The notes below the pieces were generated by a model. It saw only the letters and a program-made list of their open reading frames with translations. It did not search any database and had not been told where the DNA came from. Positions 36,517 through 49,019 of a DNA stretch of 64,000 nt are shown here, piece after piece. The translations under genes and the position numbers were made by a program. Positions within the stretch are counted from its first letter, which is position 1. Each line of letters begins with the position of its first letter. Source of the DNA: Octopus bimaculoides (taxonomy: Eukaryota); the NCBI RefSeq assembly GCF_001194135.2, contig NC_068990.1:60314287-60378286 (forward strand), read 5' to 3'.

Positions 36517-37790
36517 ATGCATTTGCAGTACCAGTGCTGATCCCAACATTTGGGATACTTGATTGGTCTGTAGAGGAAATCCACATAGGTATCAAAACAT
36601 GCAAAATTCTGACATCAACTAGGAACTTCCACAGAAACAGTGATGTTGACAGGCTCTACCTAAGAAGAAATGAAGCTGGCCTTCAAATACCGTATGGTAT
36701 CACTCAGGCAGCACCTGCTAAACAACAGCAGCAATAATAAATATATCAATGCAGTCCTGAAAAGTGAAGTGAGCAACATTGTATGAGTTGGCAGTGAACA
36801 CCTCAAGAAATACTCTCTTTCTGATGATCTCCTATACAGCACCAAAACAGCTGGGCTCTCTTACCTCAGAGAAGACCTGGATGGAAAGCACTCAGCATAC
36901 AAAAAAGAAAGACCAAACATGGTTATGTTGCCAGGAAGCTTGAAGAAGACAGTAGAATTGACATGAAGCACAGCCTTTCTTGGACACAAGACCTCTACAT
37001 CACATCACACTTTGAAGGCTATGCATTTGCAATCCAGGAACAGGAGATCGCCACAAAGTACCTGGTAAACAAGAGAGACAGTGACGTTCTTGTAATCCCA
37101 AGGTGCAACTGCATGTGCAACTGCTATGTCATGTTTTTGCAGAAGACATTACACATGTGATTAGTTGCTGCTCTAAAATTTTGCCACAGTACTACCTCCC
37201 AATGCAGCACAATGTTGTTGCCAAAGCAGTTTACAATGCCATCCACAAAAAAGACTGTCCTGAAATAAACTTAGAAAATCCCTCTGTTGTGGAATCCATT
37301 CTTAAACACCAACTCAAGGAATACTGGTAGAATATTCCCATCAAAATGTTTGTTAAATGTAAGCATAACAGGCCAGATATTGTTGTTTGGGATAGAGAGG
37401 AAAAGGTATGTACCATCATAGAGGCTAGCTGCCCTACAGTTATAAATATCTCTTTGAAAATCAAAGAAAAAGAGGATATCTATGGACAACTACTTTGAAG
37501 TCTCCAGCTTCTATGTCCAGGCTATGAATTCATGTTCAAACCAATAATAATCGGAGCACTAGGTTTTGTTAATAAATGCTTAAAAGAGAATCTTGGTAAA
37601 CTGGGATTTTCAGAAAGAGAAACTGACCAGCTGATTCATACATTGCAAGTGCAATCTGTGAGTGTAACAGTAAAAATATGAAAGACTTTTCTCAAGTTAC
37701 AAATGTGAATTTGTGTTAACTATATGGAGCCTTGTATCTTTGTTGAAAACCAGCTCCCTCCTCAGTGGAAAATTTATGATTATAAAAATA
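36517..37790 (+). mobile_element. 5'-truncated R4/Dong-clade LINE
   Basis: NAFAVPVL, DVDRLYL, EGYAFAIQEQEIATKY, EDITHVISCC, RPDIVVWD...IIEASCP (PD-(D/E)xK), PIIIGALG. Confidence 0.85.
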
Positions 37791-38046
37791 AAAGAGACAT
37801 ACATATATGTATGATTTCAACTCACATCTGGTATTGGGATTCCCAAACAATAATGTAACTTTCATGCAATTAAGTTATCCTTGGCCTAATGAATAGCTTT
37901 AAGTAATTATTACATCAGAGGATCAGATAGCTGTGAAACATATGTAGCTTGGGTTTTACCCATTCCACAGCCACAATTTGGATTTTTATATATATGTATA
38001 TGTATATATGCATATATGTATGTATATACATATGTATGTGTGTGTG

Positions 38047-38350
38047 AAAGCACATGGCCTAGTAGTTAAGGTGTTGCGCTCATGGTCTAGCTATCGTGAT
38101 TTCAATTCCTAGACCAGGTGGTGCATCGTGTTCTTGAGCAAAACACTTCACCTCATGTTGTTCTGCAATCAGTTTGACACCTGATGCATGGCACACCATG
38201 CACCTGTTCAAACAATGTTGATTTGATGGAGAGAGTGAGCTAATGCGTGGCATGAACATTTGACCACTATTAACAAATCATTTGTGCAGGTCATTCAGCA
38301 AAGAGCTGAAGACTCATATGCCATCTTCGACAAGAGAGTCCATCATGTGC

Positions 38351-38381
<31 letters not shown>

Positions 38382-38610
38382 TGCGTGTATGTATGTATGT
38401 GACACATAAAAGGCCCCCATGCCAGTGACACATGAAAAGCATCTACTACACTCTCAGAGTGGTTGGTGTTAGGAAGGGCATCCAGCAGTAGAAACTAAGC
38501 CAAGATCAGACTGGAGCCAGGTTCAGCTCTCCAGCTTACCAGCTCCAGTCAAACCATCTAACTCATGCTAGTATGGAAAACGAACACTAAATGATGATGA
38601 TGATGATGAT
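38047..38610 (+). mobile_element. tRNA-headed SINE with (GT)n linker and (GAT)n-tail module
   Basis: Head, ttcttgagcaaaacactt block, gttggtgttaggaagggcatccagc tail. Confidence 0.8.
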
Positions 38611-38660
<50 letters not shown>

Positions 38661-39321
38661 TGTAAAGTTATGTACTATAGAGATGTCAGAAAATTATGAT
38701 TTATTGGTGGGACAACGGGCAAAATCCTTATAATGATGTATTAGCCAATAATTATCCCCAGTCAACAAGACAAATAAGAATAAAGAAAGAAATATGACAA
38801 AAGTTATACTCTCCAAGAAAAGGAATATACCAATTCTCAGAGCTAAAGGTGGTTGTATAAAATATTAATTAAAATAAATTCTCATTTTACTTTGATGTAG
38901 AAAATTCTTTTATTAAAAAAGAACATTTTTTTAGTTTTGTTGGCAAAAAAATTATGAGTGCAATTTATTATTTATATTCGTATGTTATTAACATTTCTAA
39001 GGTGCTATTCATTTATTTATTCAAACTCATATCAGAAAACCTAAAATTTTCACTTTTTATTTCAAAACATTCTATCTCAGTAACTGTAAATTAAGTAGAT
39101 GGTGGAACACTACTTCATCTCCGACTTTTTGTAGTTATACGTCTATATGAGATGCTTTCTTGAAATGAATACTACATTTTTGTGGCTTTCTGCAGTATAT
39201 CTACATTAAGTAAGATACATAGTATGAAATTTTGAACTAATACTGCTTTTGTTGCTAATAATGAATAACTTTATTATTTCTACAAGGCATCTAGTCGTAT
39301 CTCATGGCACACACCAGTGCA

Positions 39322-39542
39322 TCACAGAACACTGGGAACTAATACTATAAGAACAATAAGAGGATATTTCCTGCTGGCAACCTTAACAATACAATCAGAT
39401 ATTCTCTGGATGTGAGAAGATGATGTATGTTTCCTTGCTATAGCAAGAAACATGGAAGGATTAATGTAATATGAAATAAAGCAAACATAATTTTGAATAG
39501 AAATCAATGCCACTTCAACAGTAGACAGTATTGTCTTTGATG
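39322..39542 (-). pseudogene. Candidate exon (SKTILSTVEVALISIQNYVCFISYYINPSMFLAIARKH...)
   Basis: Acceptor aatatag| at 39543, more than 70 open codons. YINPS-x-x-L-x-I resembles the RGS22 YVAPSATLDI motif as recalled. Confidence 0.4.
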
Positions 39543-39872
39543 CTATATTGTACAATAAAATATATTTATTTAATAGACAGAATAAACAACTTGTTGTTAT
39601 ATATAATATATTTATGTCTTACGTAAATCAGCTTGACTAATTTGCATACTTTAACACATTCTTGGCTACTCATTCTGTTAATAAATCAGTGTTGATGTGT
39701 TATAATTCAATGCTGATCATTCTTTTTCAGTCTACCAAGATACTGTACATAACAACAAGGTGTTTACAGCTGTCTTTTAAATACAGTGTTGAATAAAGTC
39801 TATAGATATATTCTACAGCACATAAACTGTTAACATATGAACTGTTAACACATCGTTAATATGTTGTTAGTG

Positions 39873-40295
39873 AAGGCACGTGGCAAAGTGGTTACAGTTT
39901 TTAGCTCAAGATCGTTTGATACCTAGTGGTGTATTGTGCTCTTCAGCAAGACTCTTTATTTCACATTGCTCCTGTCCACTCAGCTGTCAGAATTGAGTTG
40001 TACTTGTAATACGAAGGGTCAGTCTTGTCACATTGTGTGTCATGCTGAATGTCTGTGTGTGTGTATGTATGTGTGTGTTTCTGTATCTTTGTTTGTCCTC
40101 CCACCATCGCTTGACAACCGATGAGGGTATGTTTACATCCCTGTAACTTCGTGGTTCAGCAAAAGAGAACGATAGAATAAGTACTAGGCTTACAAAGAAT
40201 GAGTCCTGGAGTTGATTTGTTCAATTGAAAGCGATGCTCCAGCATGGCTGTAGTCAAATGACTGAAACAAATAAAAGAGTAAAAGAGATACATAC
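39873..40295 (+). mobile_element. Chimeric SINE (non-CORE head and body with a CORE-family tail)
   Basis: 5' half resembles 5717/17711; 40030-40060 resembles the reverse of 53370-53400; 3' half equals the CORE-SINE tail. Confidence 0.7.
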
Positions 40296-40309
40296 GTATA
40301 TATTGAGTT

Positions 40310-40750
40310 CAAATTTAGGCACAAGGCTAGTAATTTCAGTGGAAGAGGTTATTCAATTACATCGACCCCAGTACTAGTCTGGTGCTTATTTTATCGATCC
40401 AAAAAGGATGAAAGGCAAAGTTGACACTGGCGGAATTTGAATTGAGAACATAAAGATAGCCAAAATGCTGTTAAGCATTTCACCTGGTGTGCTAACGATT
40501 CTTATTTCTTTACTGTCCACAAGGGACTATACACAAAGGGAACAAACAAGGACAGACAAACGGATTAAGTCAATTATATCGACCCCAGTGCGTAACTGGT
40601 ACTTATTTAATTGACCCTCAAAGGATGAAAGGCAAAGTCAACCTCGGCGGAATTTGAACTCAGAACGCAGTGGCAGACGAGATACCGCTAAGCATTTCGC
40701 CCGGTGTGCTAACGTTTCTGCCAGCTCGCCGCTAACGATTCTGCCAACAG
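40310..40750 (-). mobile_element. Deu/Nin-type SINE with a younger same-family copy (40503-40730) nested in its head
   Basis: gcctttcatcc...ggg(t)c(g/a)at...aagtaccag Deu/Nin-like motif on the minus strand; 12-bp TSD GCTAACGATTCT. Confidence 0.8.
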
Positions 40751-41079
40751 ACAGCCTTACATGCATATATATTCACACACACACATACACACACACAAAA
40801 AAAATAAATTGTGTAGTCAAGAATTTTGTTTCTGAATCATGAGGCTTAAGGTTTGTTTCCAGTGTGTGGACACTGTCTGCTATCAGAGCCACAGTTTGGC
40901 TAATGCCTTGTAACTGAAATTTCTTAAATAGAAACTGTGAGAAACCCATTTTGTGTGTGTGTCTGTATCTGTGAGTGTGTGTGAGTGTGAGTGTATGTGT
41001 GTGAGTGTATGTGTGTGTGTGTGCGTGTGTGCACATGCGCATTTGTATTTTCTTCATGTCAAACGTATGCATGATAATT

Positions 41080-41822
41080 CATCATCATCATCCTCATTTA
41101 CCATCCATTGTTCATGCTGGCATGGGTTGGATGGGTTGACCAAAGCTGGCAAACTGGCGAGTTGCATCAGGCTCCAGTCTGATTTAAAATGGTTTCTATG
41201 GCTGGATGCCCTTTCTAATGCCAACCACTTTACAGAGTGTGTTGGGTGCTTTATGTAACGCCACACAAGTGCTAATACATGGCACCAGCACGAATGTTTT
41301 TTATGTGGTACTGGCACAGAACTCTCACAGGCCAATCCTCTTCACCAGGGGAAGTGGCCTCACCACTTCTACTGTGGAGTAATTGTAAATAAAAGTCACA
41401 TTCATATAAAAAGAGTTATTTATTCTTTTTGTTTTTTTTATTCTTTTACTTGTTTCAGCCATTTTACTGTAACCATGCTGAAGCACCACCTTGAAGGGAT
41501 TTAGCTGAACAAATCGACTCCAGAGCTACTTTTTAAAGCCTAGTACTTATTCTATCATTCACTTCTGCTGAACCGCTAAGTTATGAGGACATAAACACAC
41601 CAACACCTGTTGATGAGTGATAACAGGATGAGAAACACAGACTCAAAGACACACACACACACACACATGATGGGCTTCTTTCAGTTTTCGTCTACCAAAT
41701 CCACTCACAAGACTTTGGTCAGCCTGAGGTTATAGTGGAAGACACTTACCCTAGGTGCCATGTAGTGGGACTGAACCCAGAATTATGTGTTTGGGAAGCA
41801 AGTTTCTTACCACACATGCCTG
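41080..41822 (-). mobile_element. SINE cluster ((GAT)n-tail module 41080-41335; CORE SINE 41440-41822)
   Basis: Motif identity with other copies. Confidence 0.8.
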
Positions 41823-42295
41823 CACTTGTCTACAATCCTCAGTGAAAGAATCTTACCCTACTTTGAAACAGGTGAGGGTTGGGGACAAGAAAAATATCTG
41901 CCCATAGAAAAAAAACTTGCCTCAAACAAGCTTCCTTTTGAGTCATCCAAGCATGGGAAAATGGATATTAAAAGGGCGACAACGATGCTGAAGATGGCAA
42001 TGATGATGATAATGGTGGTGGTGGTGGCAGCGGCGGTGGCAGTGATGATGATGATGATGATGACAATGATGATGACTATGATGGTGGTGGTGGTGGTGGT
42101 GGTGGTGGTGGTGGTAATGGCGGTGGGGATGATGATAATGATATATGGATTTCTCTTCTCGTGTAGAAATATGGAACTTTAATATTTTTACACTGGAGTT
42201 CCACTACGATACAGTAGTTTTCTCATGCTTCTTTTCCCTTTTTTTGTTTTTCTTCTTCCCTTATATTTTCCTATTCTCTTACAACTAATTTACAG

Positions 42296-42640
42296 CTAGC
42301 TATATGCTATACTGTCTTGCTCATAATCAACACAGCCGAATGCATATAAGCTTATCATTTCCTTGTGAGCATAACCAGTTTGATATGTACTAAAACCAAT
42401 TTCAATTGTTTCTTCATTATTTCCAGCTAAATTAATATATTTGAGAATATTCAACGTTTTAAATATGCCATGATCATAGACAATCAATCTATTTTCCACA
42501 AAAATCACTTACCTTGTTTTATTGCTTCAAATTAAATTACCCATCCCTTGTCATTTCTCCTCTTAATCAGGCAATGTCTTTTAATCTTTAACTTCATTAT
42601 TCTTTGATCTTTCAATTCCTTTTATAAAATTATTATTTCT
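42296..42640 (-). pseudogene. Candidate decayed exon(s) (...GMGNLI*SNKTR*VIFVENRLIVYDHGIFKTL...)
   Basis: 70-codon ORF in the track, preceded by a stop-ridden in-frame segment. Splice-like sites ttttcag| and aag|gtaagt. Confidence 0.3.
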
Positions 42641-43211
42641 AGGACAGAGACTGAAAATCCTTAATGTTTTGTTTTTTTGTGTATTTTTTCTTTCTGTTTT
42701 TTTTTTCTTTTCTATTTAATCTTGTTTTTGAATTCTAGATTTCAGATATTTTATAATGAAATAAACATTACTTTGTAGCAATATTATAAATAAACACAAT
42801 TAATGTGCATAACCATTTTGTGAAGCTTGTGACGTGTCCTCGTTATACAACTATTGTTTATTTATGGTAACCGGTAACTTGAAAGTAATAAATTACAATT
42901 AAAAAAATATTTATAATCTCATAAAAAAATATCTTAGCTGGTTTAAATTTGCATTGATTTTCATTAGTCTGCTGATGAATTTTCATAAAGTATTTGATTA
43001 GTGAAGCTAAATATTTTAAAATTATCAAATAGTTCACAACTTTTATAAAACAAGTTTGAATAATAAATTGTAATTCAAAATTAGAACCATTATATGAGTG
43101 TCTTAACAAATTTGTTTATATGAAAGACACTTTAAATTAGTGTCAACATAAACTTTTATTTAAGAAACCCTAATTCCTGGAGTACACACATATATATATA
43201 TATATATATAT

Positions 43212-43377
43212 GGGGTGGCTACGTGGTAAGAAGTTTTCTTCCATACCAAATGGTTCTGTGTTCAGTCTCATTGTATGGCACCTTGGGCAAGTGCCTTCTA
43301 TTATAGCCATGGAGGTGATCAAATACTTGTGAGTTGATTTGGTAGACAGAAACTGAAAGAAGCCCATTCTGTGTGTG

Positions 43378-43428
<51 letters not shown>

Positions 43429-43645
43429 GTGTGTGTGTGTGTGTGTGTATGTGTTTTTTTCCCTTCTGTCAATGCTTGACAACTGATGCTGGTATGTTTA
43501 CATTCCTGTTACTTAGCAGTTCAGCAAGTGAACTAATAGAATAAATACTAAAATGGTAATGAAGTCAATTCTTTTGACTAAAATTCCTCAAGGCAATGCC
43601 CCAGCATGGCTACAGTCAAATGACTAAAACAAGTAAAAGATAAAA
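43212..43645 (+). mobile_element. CORE-type SINE
   Basis: Head, core, (CA)n/(GT)n tract and tail. Confidence 0.85.
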
Positions 43646-43646
43646 C

Positions 43647-43691
<45 letters not shown>

Positions 43692-45667
43692 CTTACAATG
43701 AAAGTAAACAAAGTTTGTTTTAGAAGCATTGAGATGTATTGAAAGATACAGAAATGAATTCTTTTTTATTTCTCAAACGNNNNNNNNNNNNNNNNNNNNN
43801 NNNNNNNNNNNNNNNNNNNNNNNNNNNNNNNNNNNNNNNNNNNNNNNNNNNNNNNNNNNNNNNNNNNNNNNNNNNNNNNNNNNNNNNNNNNNNNNNNNNN
43901 NNNNNNNNNNNNNNNNNNNNNNNNNNNNNNNNNNNNNNNNNNNNNNNNNNNNNNNNATATATATATATATATATAACTGAAACCAACGGTCCTTCAGCAA
44001 CAACACACATTGATAAACTCAGTGACTACTACTAAATTCAGGCCACAGCAGACAGAGAGGATGTTCTTGGAGTCAGGAATTTGAACTTATAGAAACTAAA
44101 TTTACATATTGCCTGAGGAAACACAACTAGAACTCATAATGCAGGGAAACAGTTGCATCATCAAGTACCTGCATGCCTGGAGAACTACATTGCATAGAAA
44201 CAATTGTAGTGATTGAAAATAAATGTCCAACTGTACTCCTTCTTGTTGACTCAAAATTTTTTCAATTATCTATTCACACACGACGAATGCTCAAACAAAA
44301 ATCTTTTAATATGCATAATACTACTACTGGATAACATAGGGTGAAATCTGAAGGTGGATGTGCTTTACGCTGTACTCTANNNNNNNNNNNNNNNNNNNNN
44401 NNNNNNNNNNNNNNNNNNNNNNNNNNNNNNNNNNNNNNNNNNNNNNNNNNNNNNNNNNNNNNNNNNNNNNNNNNNNNNNNNNNNNNNNNNNNNNNNNNNN
44501 NNNNNNNNNNNNNNNNNNNNNNNNNNNNNNNNNNNNNNNNNNNNNNNNNNNNNNNNNNNNNNNNNNNNNNNNNNNNNNNNNNNNNNNNNNNNNNNNNNNN
44601 NNNNNNNNNNNNNNNNNNNNNNNNNNNNNNNNNNNNNNNNNNNNNNNNNNNNNNNNNNNNNNNNNNNNNNNNNNNNNNNNNNNNNNNNNNNNNNNNNNNN
44701 NNNNNNNNNNNNNNNNNNNNNNNNNNNNNNNNNNNNNNNNNNATATATATATATATATATATATATAATTATATATACAGGGTGCAATGGGTAAACTGTC
44801 ACCAATTTATATTTTTACTTTCACACATGTGAAAACACTCCCCACTGTGAGCAAGATGCATTAGATTAGCATGCTAATAGGAAATTAATACTCATCAGTA
44901 ATGCTCACTTCATCACAGCTAGCAGAGGCCAACTCACCCTGTCACTATTATGGAGAATGTCATTGGAATCAGTTACTGATTTCACAAAATGGCAATGTGA
45001 AAATTATAAATTAATCAAGGTGGCTAACAGCAATATAAAACCAACAAAGAAGTAATTCACCGTCACTATATATAAACTGATGCAGATTATGATCAAGGAC
45101 TACTAAAAATAAACAAAAAAAATCTAGCATCTCATCCACATCTCCACGCGAGCTGCAATGGGTTTTGTGAACATGTAGTTTGTACAATTTTCATGGGTAG
45201 GGAGGAGGTGGGACATTTCATTGCAGTATCTAATAACCATATTTTGTTTATAGAAATCACACCGATAGTAGTTTAACATTTGTTATTAGGTTGTTCTAAA
45301 TTCATGGAAAAATTGCTTATAATTTGAAGCCTTGTTATCAAACTTTTGAAAATAGGGACACTACCTTGATAGGTGACACATTAGTAGTGGGGATGAATAA
45401 CTGAGATGAGTGATGGAATGATAGTCGGAATTTAGTAAGTTCAGAACTAAAGGTTTGCTTATTTGTTATTTCATTAAAGACTGTTGTTTTGGCTGTGCAC
45501 ACTTAATCATGAGTGGAATATATATAACAAACAACGAGATCCCAAAATGAACACCATCAAGATTGATATTGATTCGTAAGTTTGAGATGCAATCATTTCA
45601 GATTCTTTTTCTTTCTCCTCATGCTCGAAGTTACATTTAAACAACTGTGCAATGTCACAGTTGTATA

Positions 45668-46857
45668 AGCATGGCTCTGTGGTTAAGTAGCTCTCTTTGC
45701 GACCACGTGGTCTTGGGTTCAGTCTCAGTGTGTGGAACCTTGAGTAAGTGTCTACTACTATAGCTCTGGACTACAACCAATCCCTTGCAAATGAATTTGG
45801 TAGATGGAAACNNNNNNNNNNNNNNNNNNNNNNNNNNNNNNNNNNNNNNNNNNNNNNNNNNNNNNNNNNNNNNNNNNNNNNNNNNNNNNNNNNNNNNNNN
45901 NNNNNNNNNNNNNNNNNNNNNNNNNNNNNNNNNNNNNNNNNNNNNNNNNNNNNNNNNNNNNNNNNNNNNNNNNNNNNNNNNNNNNNNNNNNNNNNNNNNN
46001 NNNNNNNNNNNNNNNNNNNNNNNNNNNNNNNNNNNNNNNNNNNNNNNNNNNNNNNNNNNNNNNNNNNNNNNNNNNNNNNNNNNNNNNNNNNNNNNNNNNN
46101 NNNNNNNNNNNNNNNNNNNNNNNNNNNNNNNNNNNNNNNNNNNNNNNNNNNNNNNNNNNNNNNNNNNNNNNNNNNNNNNNNNNNNNNNNNNNNNNNNNNN
46201 NNNNNNNNNNNNNNNNNNNNNNNNNNNNNNNNNNNNNNNNNNNNNNNNNNNNNNNNNNNNNNNNNNNNNNNNNNNNNNNNNNNNNNNNNNNNNNNNNNNN
46301 NNNNNNNNNNNNNNNNNNNNNNNNNNNNNNNNNNNNNNNNNNNNNNNNNNNNNNNNNNNNNNNNNNNNNNNNNNNNNNNNNNNNNNNNNNNNNNNNNNNN
46401 NNNNNNNNNNNNNNNNNNNNNNNNNNNNNNNNNNNNNNNNNNNNNNNNNNNNNNNNNNNNNNNNNNNNNNNNNNNNNNNNNNNNNNNNNNNNNNNNNNNN
46501 NNNNNNNNNNNNNNNNNNNNNNNNNNNNNNNNNNNNNNNNNNNNNNNNNNNNNNNNNNNNNNNNNNNNAGGGTTTTCGAGCGAGATCGTTGCCAGTGCCC
46601 CTGGACTGGCTCTTGTGCGGGTGGCACATATAAGACACCATTTCGAGCGTGGCCGTTTTCGTGCGGGTGACACGTAAAAGCACCCACTACACTCTCTGAG
46701 TGGTTGGCGTTAGGAAGGGCATCCAGCTGTAGAAACTCTGCCAAATTAGATTGGAGCCTGGTGTAGCCATCCGGTTGCACCAGTCCTCAGTCAAATCGTC
46801 CAACCCATGCTAGCATGGAAAGCGGACGTTAAACGATGATGATGATGATGATGATGA
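45668..46857 (+). mobile_element. CORE-SINE head (45668-45811) and young (GAT)n-tail module (46569-46857) on either side of a gap
   Basis: Same strand; CpG-intact tail ends ggaaagcggacgttaaacgatgatgat. Confidence 0.75.
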
Positions 46858-46879
46858 TATATATGTATGTATATGTGAG

Positions 46880-46914
<35 letters not shown>

Positions 46915-47089
46915 CTGTATATTATATATCATGACATTTATTTCAATTAGCTATTATACATTTTATTACATTAATTAAGGAAATAATTATTTAATAAATA
47001 ATTAAATAATTAAATTCAATTAAGAAAACATTAACAATAATTAATAATAATTGAATAATCTTGTATAATTTTAATTTGTAAATACCTTG

Positions 47090-47590
47090 TATGACACTCT
47101 TCCACCTGTTTATGGCGTGCCAAAATTATCTTGCACAGAGTGCCAAGATCATTTTGCCCAGAGTGTCAAGATTATCTTGCCCAAAGTGTAGTGAGACATT
47201 GACGTATTGCTGGAGTTCATAGACTGATGGACGCCAGTGTCAGCAGTTTGGGTAAACACCCCACTTATGCTGGGCTGGCATGCTTTCTTTGCACATGGCT
47301 GTAACAACTGGCTGCTGGCACTGCTACCAGAAGATTGTCTGTGTTTCCCATAGGAAAAGCTGCCTTTTATCCTCTCCTCAAACTGGATAGCATGCCCTGG
47401 GTGTTTCCTCTTGACATGCAACTTCAATTTTGGGATCTAGCCCAAAGTTGAGGTTAACTTCTCAAGTCTTGCTGACTCACAAGGGCTGGTTTCCTGGTTT
47501 TCATGGTGTATAAATTTTCCACCTGGATGGAATGCTGGTCAATCACAGGATTACTCATTTTTGCCAACTGAGTGGACTGAAGCAACTTTA
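47090..47590 (-). mobile_element. Possible LINE 5' leader fragment (47090-47430) plus SINE fragment (47455-47590)
   Basis: The SINE part matches 5740-5845; the leader identity is tentative. Confidence 0.35.
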
Positions 47591-48429
47591 AAGTAGAAAA
47601 TTATGTTTTATATTCAAATTGATCAGAGCCCATGGTAATGATGATTTATTAACACAAAGTTATATATTTTGCTTGCTTAACCAAACAATATGTTAGCTAA
47701 CTCAATTTTCTTTATCACTGTATTAACCACACGCTGGTTATTTCTGATATCAAAATGTCAGAAATAAAGAAACCCACCTTTGAATCATAACTTAAGCTTG
47801 TTTTAAACAAAAGAGTACATGTCTTTGTCTCTCAGAATCTAGTTGAGATTATACAGAAAAAAAAACTGGCTGTGGAAGATTAAAAGCAACACGGATGAAA
47901 TAAGAATGTCATAGTGAATTGGTTGCAGATGGTAGCAAAGATTATATAAGACATGATAATTGGGATTTGTCTAAAATATTTAAAATCAACTGGAAAAGTA
48001 ATGACAGAAAGAGACAAGAAGAGAGAGGGGTGGAATGGCAAGAGGGATAGAGAGAGGGAGAGAAAAAATGAGAGAGGGGGATGAAGACAGAGAGGAGGTG
48101 GAGAAAGATACCATTATATTGACCTAGCCAACCTAGTATCACATGGAAAAAAAGTGACCATGTGAAATAAAATATTGAGAAATGATGAATGCATATGACA
48201 ATATTTTGCATCAGTGGTATAAAATTTTGATATAATATTTAATATCCTAAGGGAAATCTATTTTTGTGCTGTGAAAATCAATATGTCTGTTACAGAAGAC
48301 TGGTAGAGAAAAATATGCCTTTGTAAGCTGACAACAATTTTAAGTTTTGCAATCATGATATTGAATATCAGTGTAGGATTACTCAGTGTTCAGAAGGCAG
48401 TGTGTTTGGAAGACACTGTAATCAAAAAT

Positions 48430-48482
<53 letters not shown>

Positions 48483-49019
48483 CATTATTATTACTAGATA
48501 CATAAAACAAAACAAGCAAACAGGAAAACAGAATGAGTTTGATAAATTATAATTAAACAAAATGAAAAAAATTATTTGAAAGTATGAAAATTAATTTCAT
48601 ATTAATTTAATGTAAGATTTGATTATTCATCAGATTTGCGTATGCTAGTGTGTTTGCTGTAATGCAGCTGTTAAAATGTAGTTTTGGAAGACAACATTTT
48701 AGAATATAATGAATATATTTGAAAAGAAAGGATTAATATACAAAATACCAAAGTATGGAGCCTTAAGGCACAGTGAACTAAGAATCACTAGGAATATTAG
48801 CAGGAAGTCATTTTAACAATGTGAAAAAATAAAGTAAATAACCTGCTTCCTCCATAATTATTCACTGTAAGATGTCAACATGTTTAATTGTTTGCAAACT
48901 GGTGAAAAGGATTAGTTGCCACAAAATATATGTCTTTTATGTCATTGTTATCATTATTAAATAGCTGTACCATTTATAAAGCCTTCAGACTTAGACATAA
49001 GTTCTCCCACATTGCAAGA

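Larger units (their letters stand above)
3522..42640 (-). pseudogene. Putative unprocessed pseudogene of an RGS22/RGSL1-like multi-RGS-domain protein (dispersed pseudo-exons)
   Basis: Several non-repeat segments with AG/GT boundaries translate to RGS-like motifs in collinear order: YINPSMFLAI (39.4 kb), DLERHK...IQQCYTTKLSGY (23.1-23.4 kb), ILSDKEKYQEF (11.9 kb), ELWGTLNVFRNLV...YLND (10.0-10.7 kb). They contain in-frame stops, a homopolymer frameshift and a LINE insertion. The family call rests on remembered sequences and is unverified. Confidence 0.5.

Noticed and set aside
23067-42640. Idea that A-to-I editing (UAA/UAG/UGA to UGG) rescues the stop codons, given extensive cephalopod recoding
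   Set aside because: Editing cannot fix the frameshift or the RTE insertion, and stops arising from Trp/Gln/Arg codons are expected in neutral decay. Only RNA-seq showing edited stops would revive the idea.
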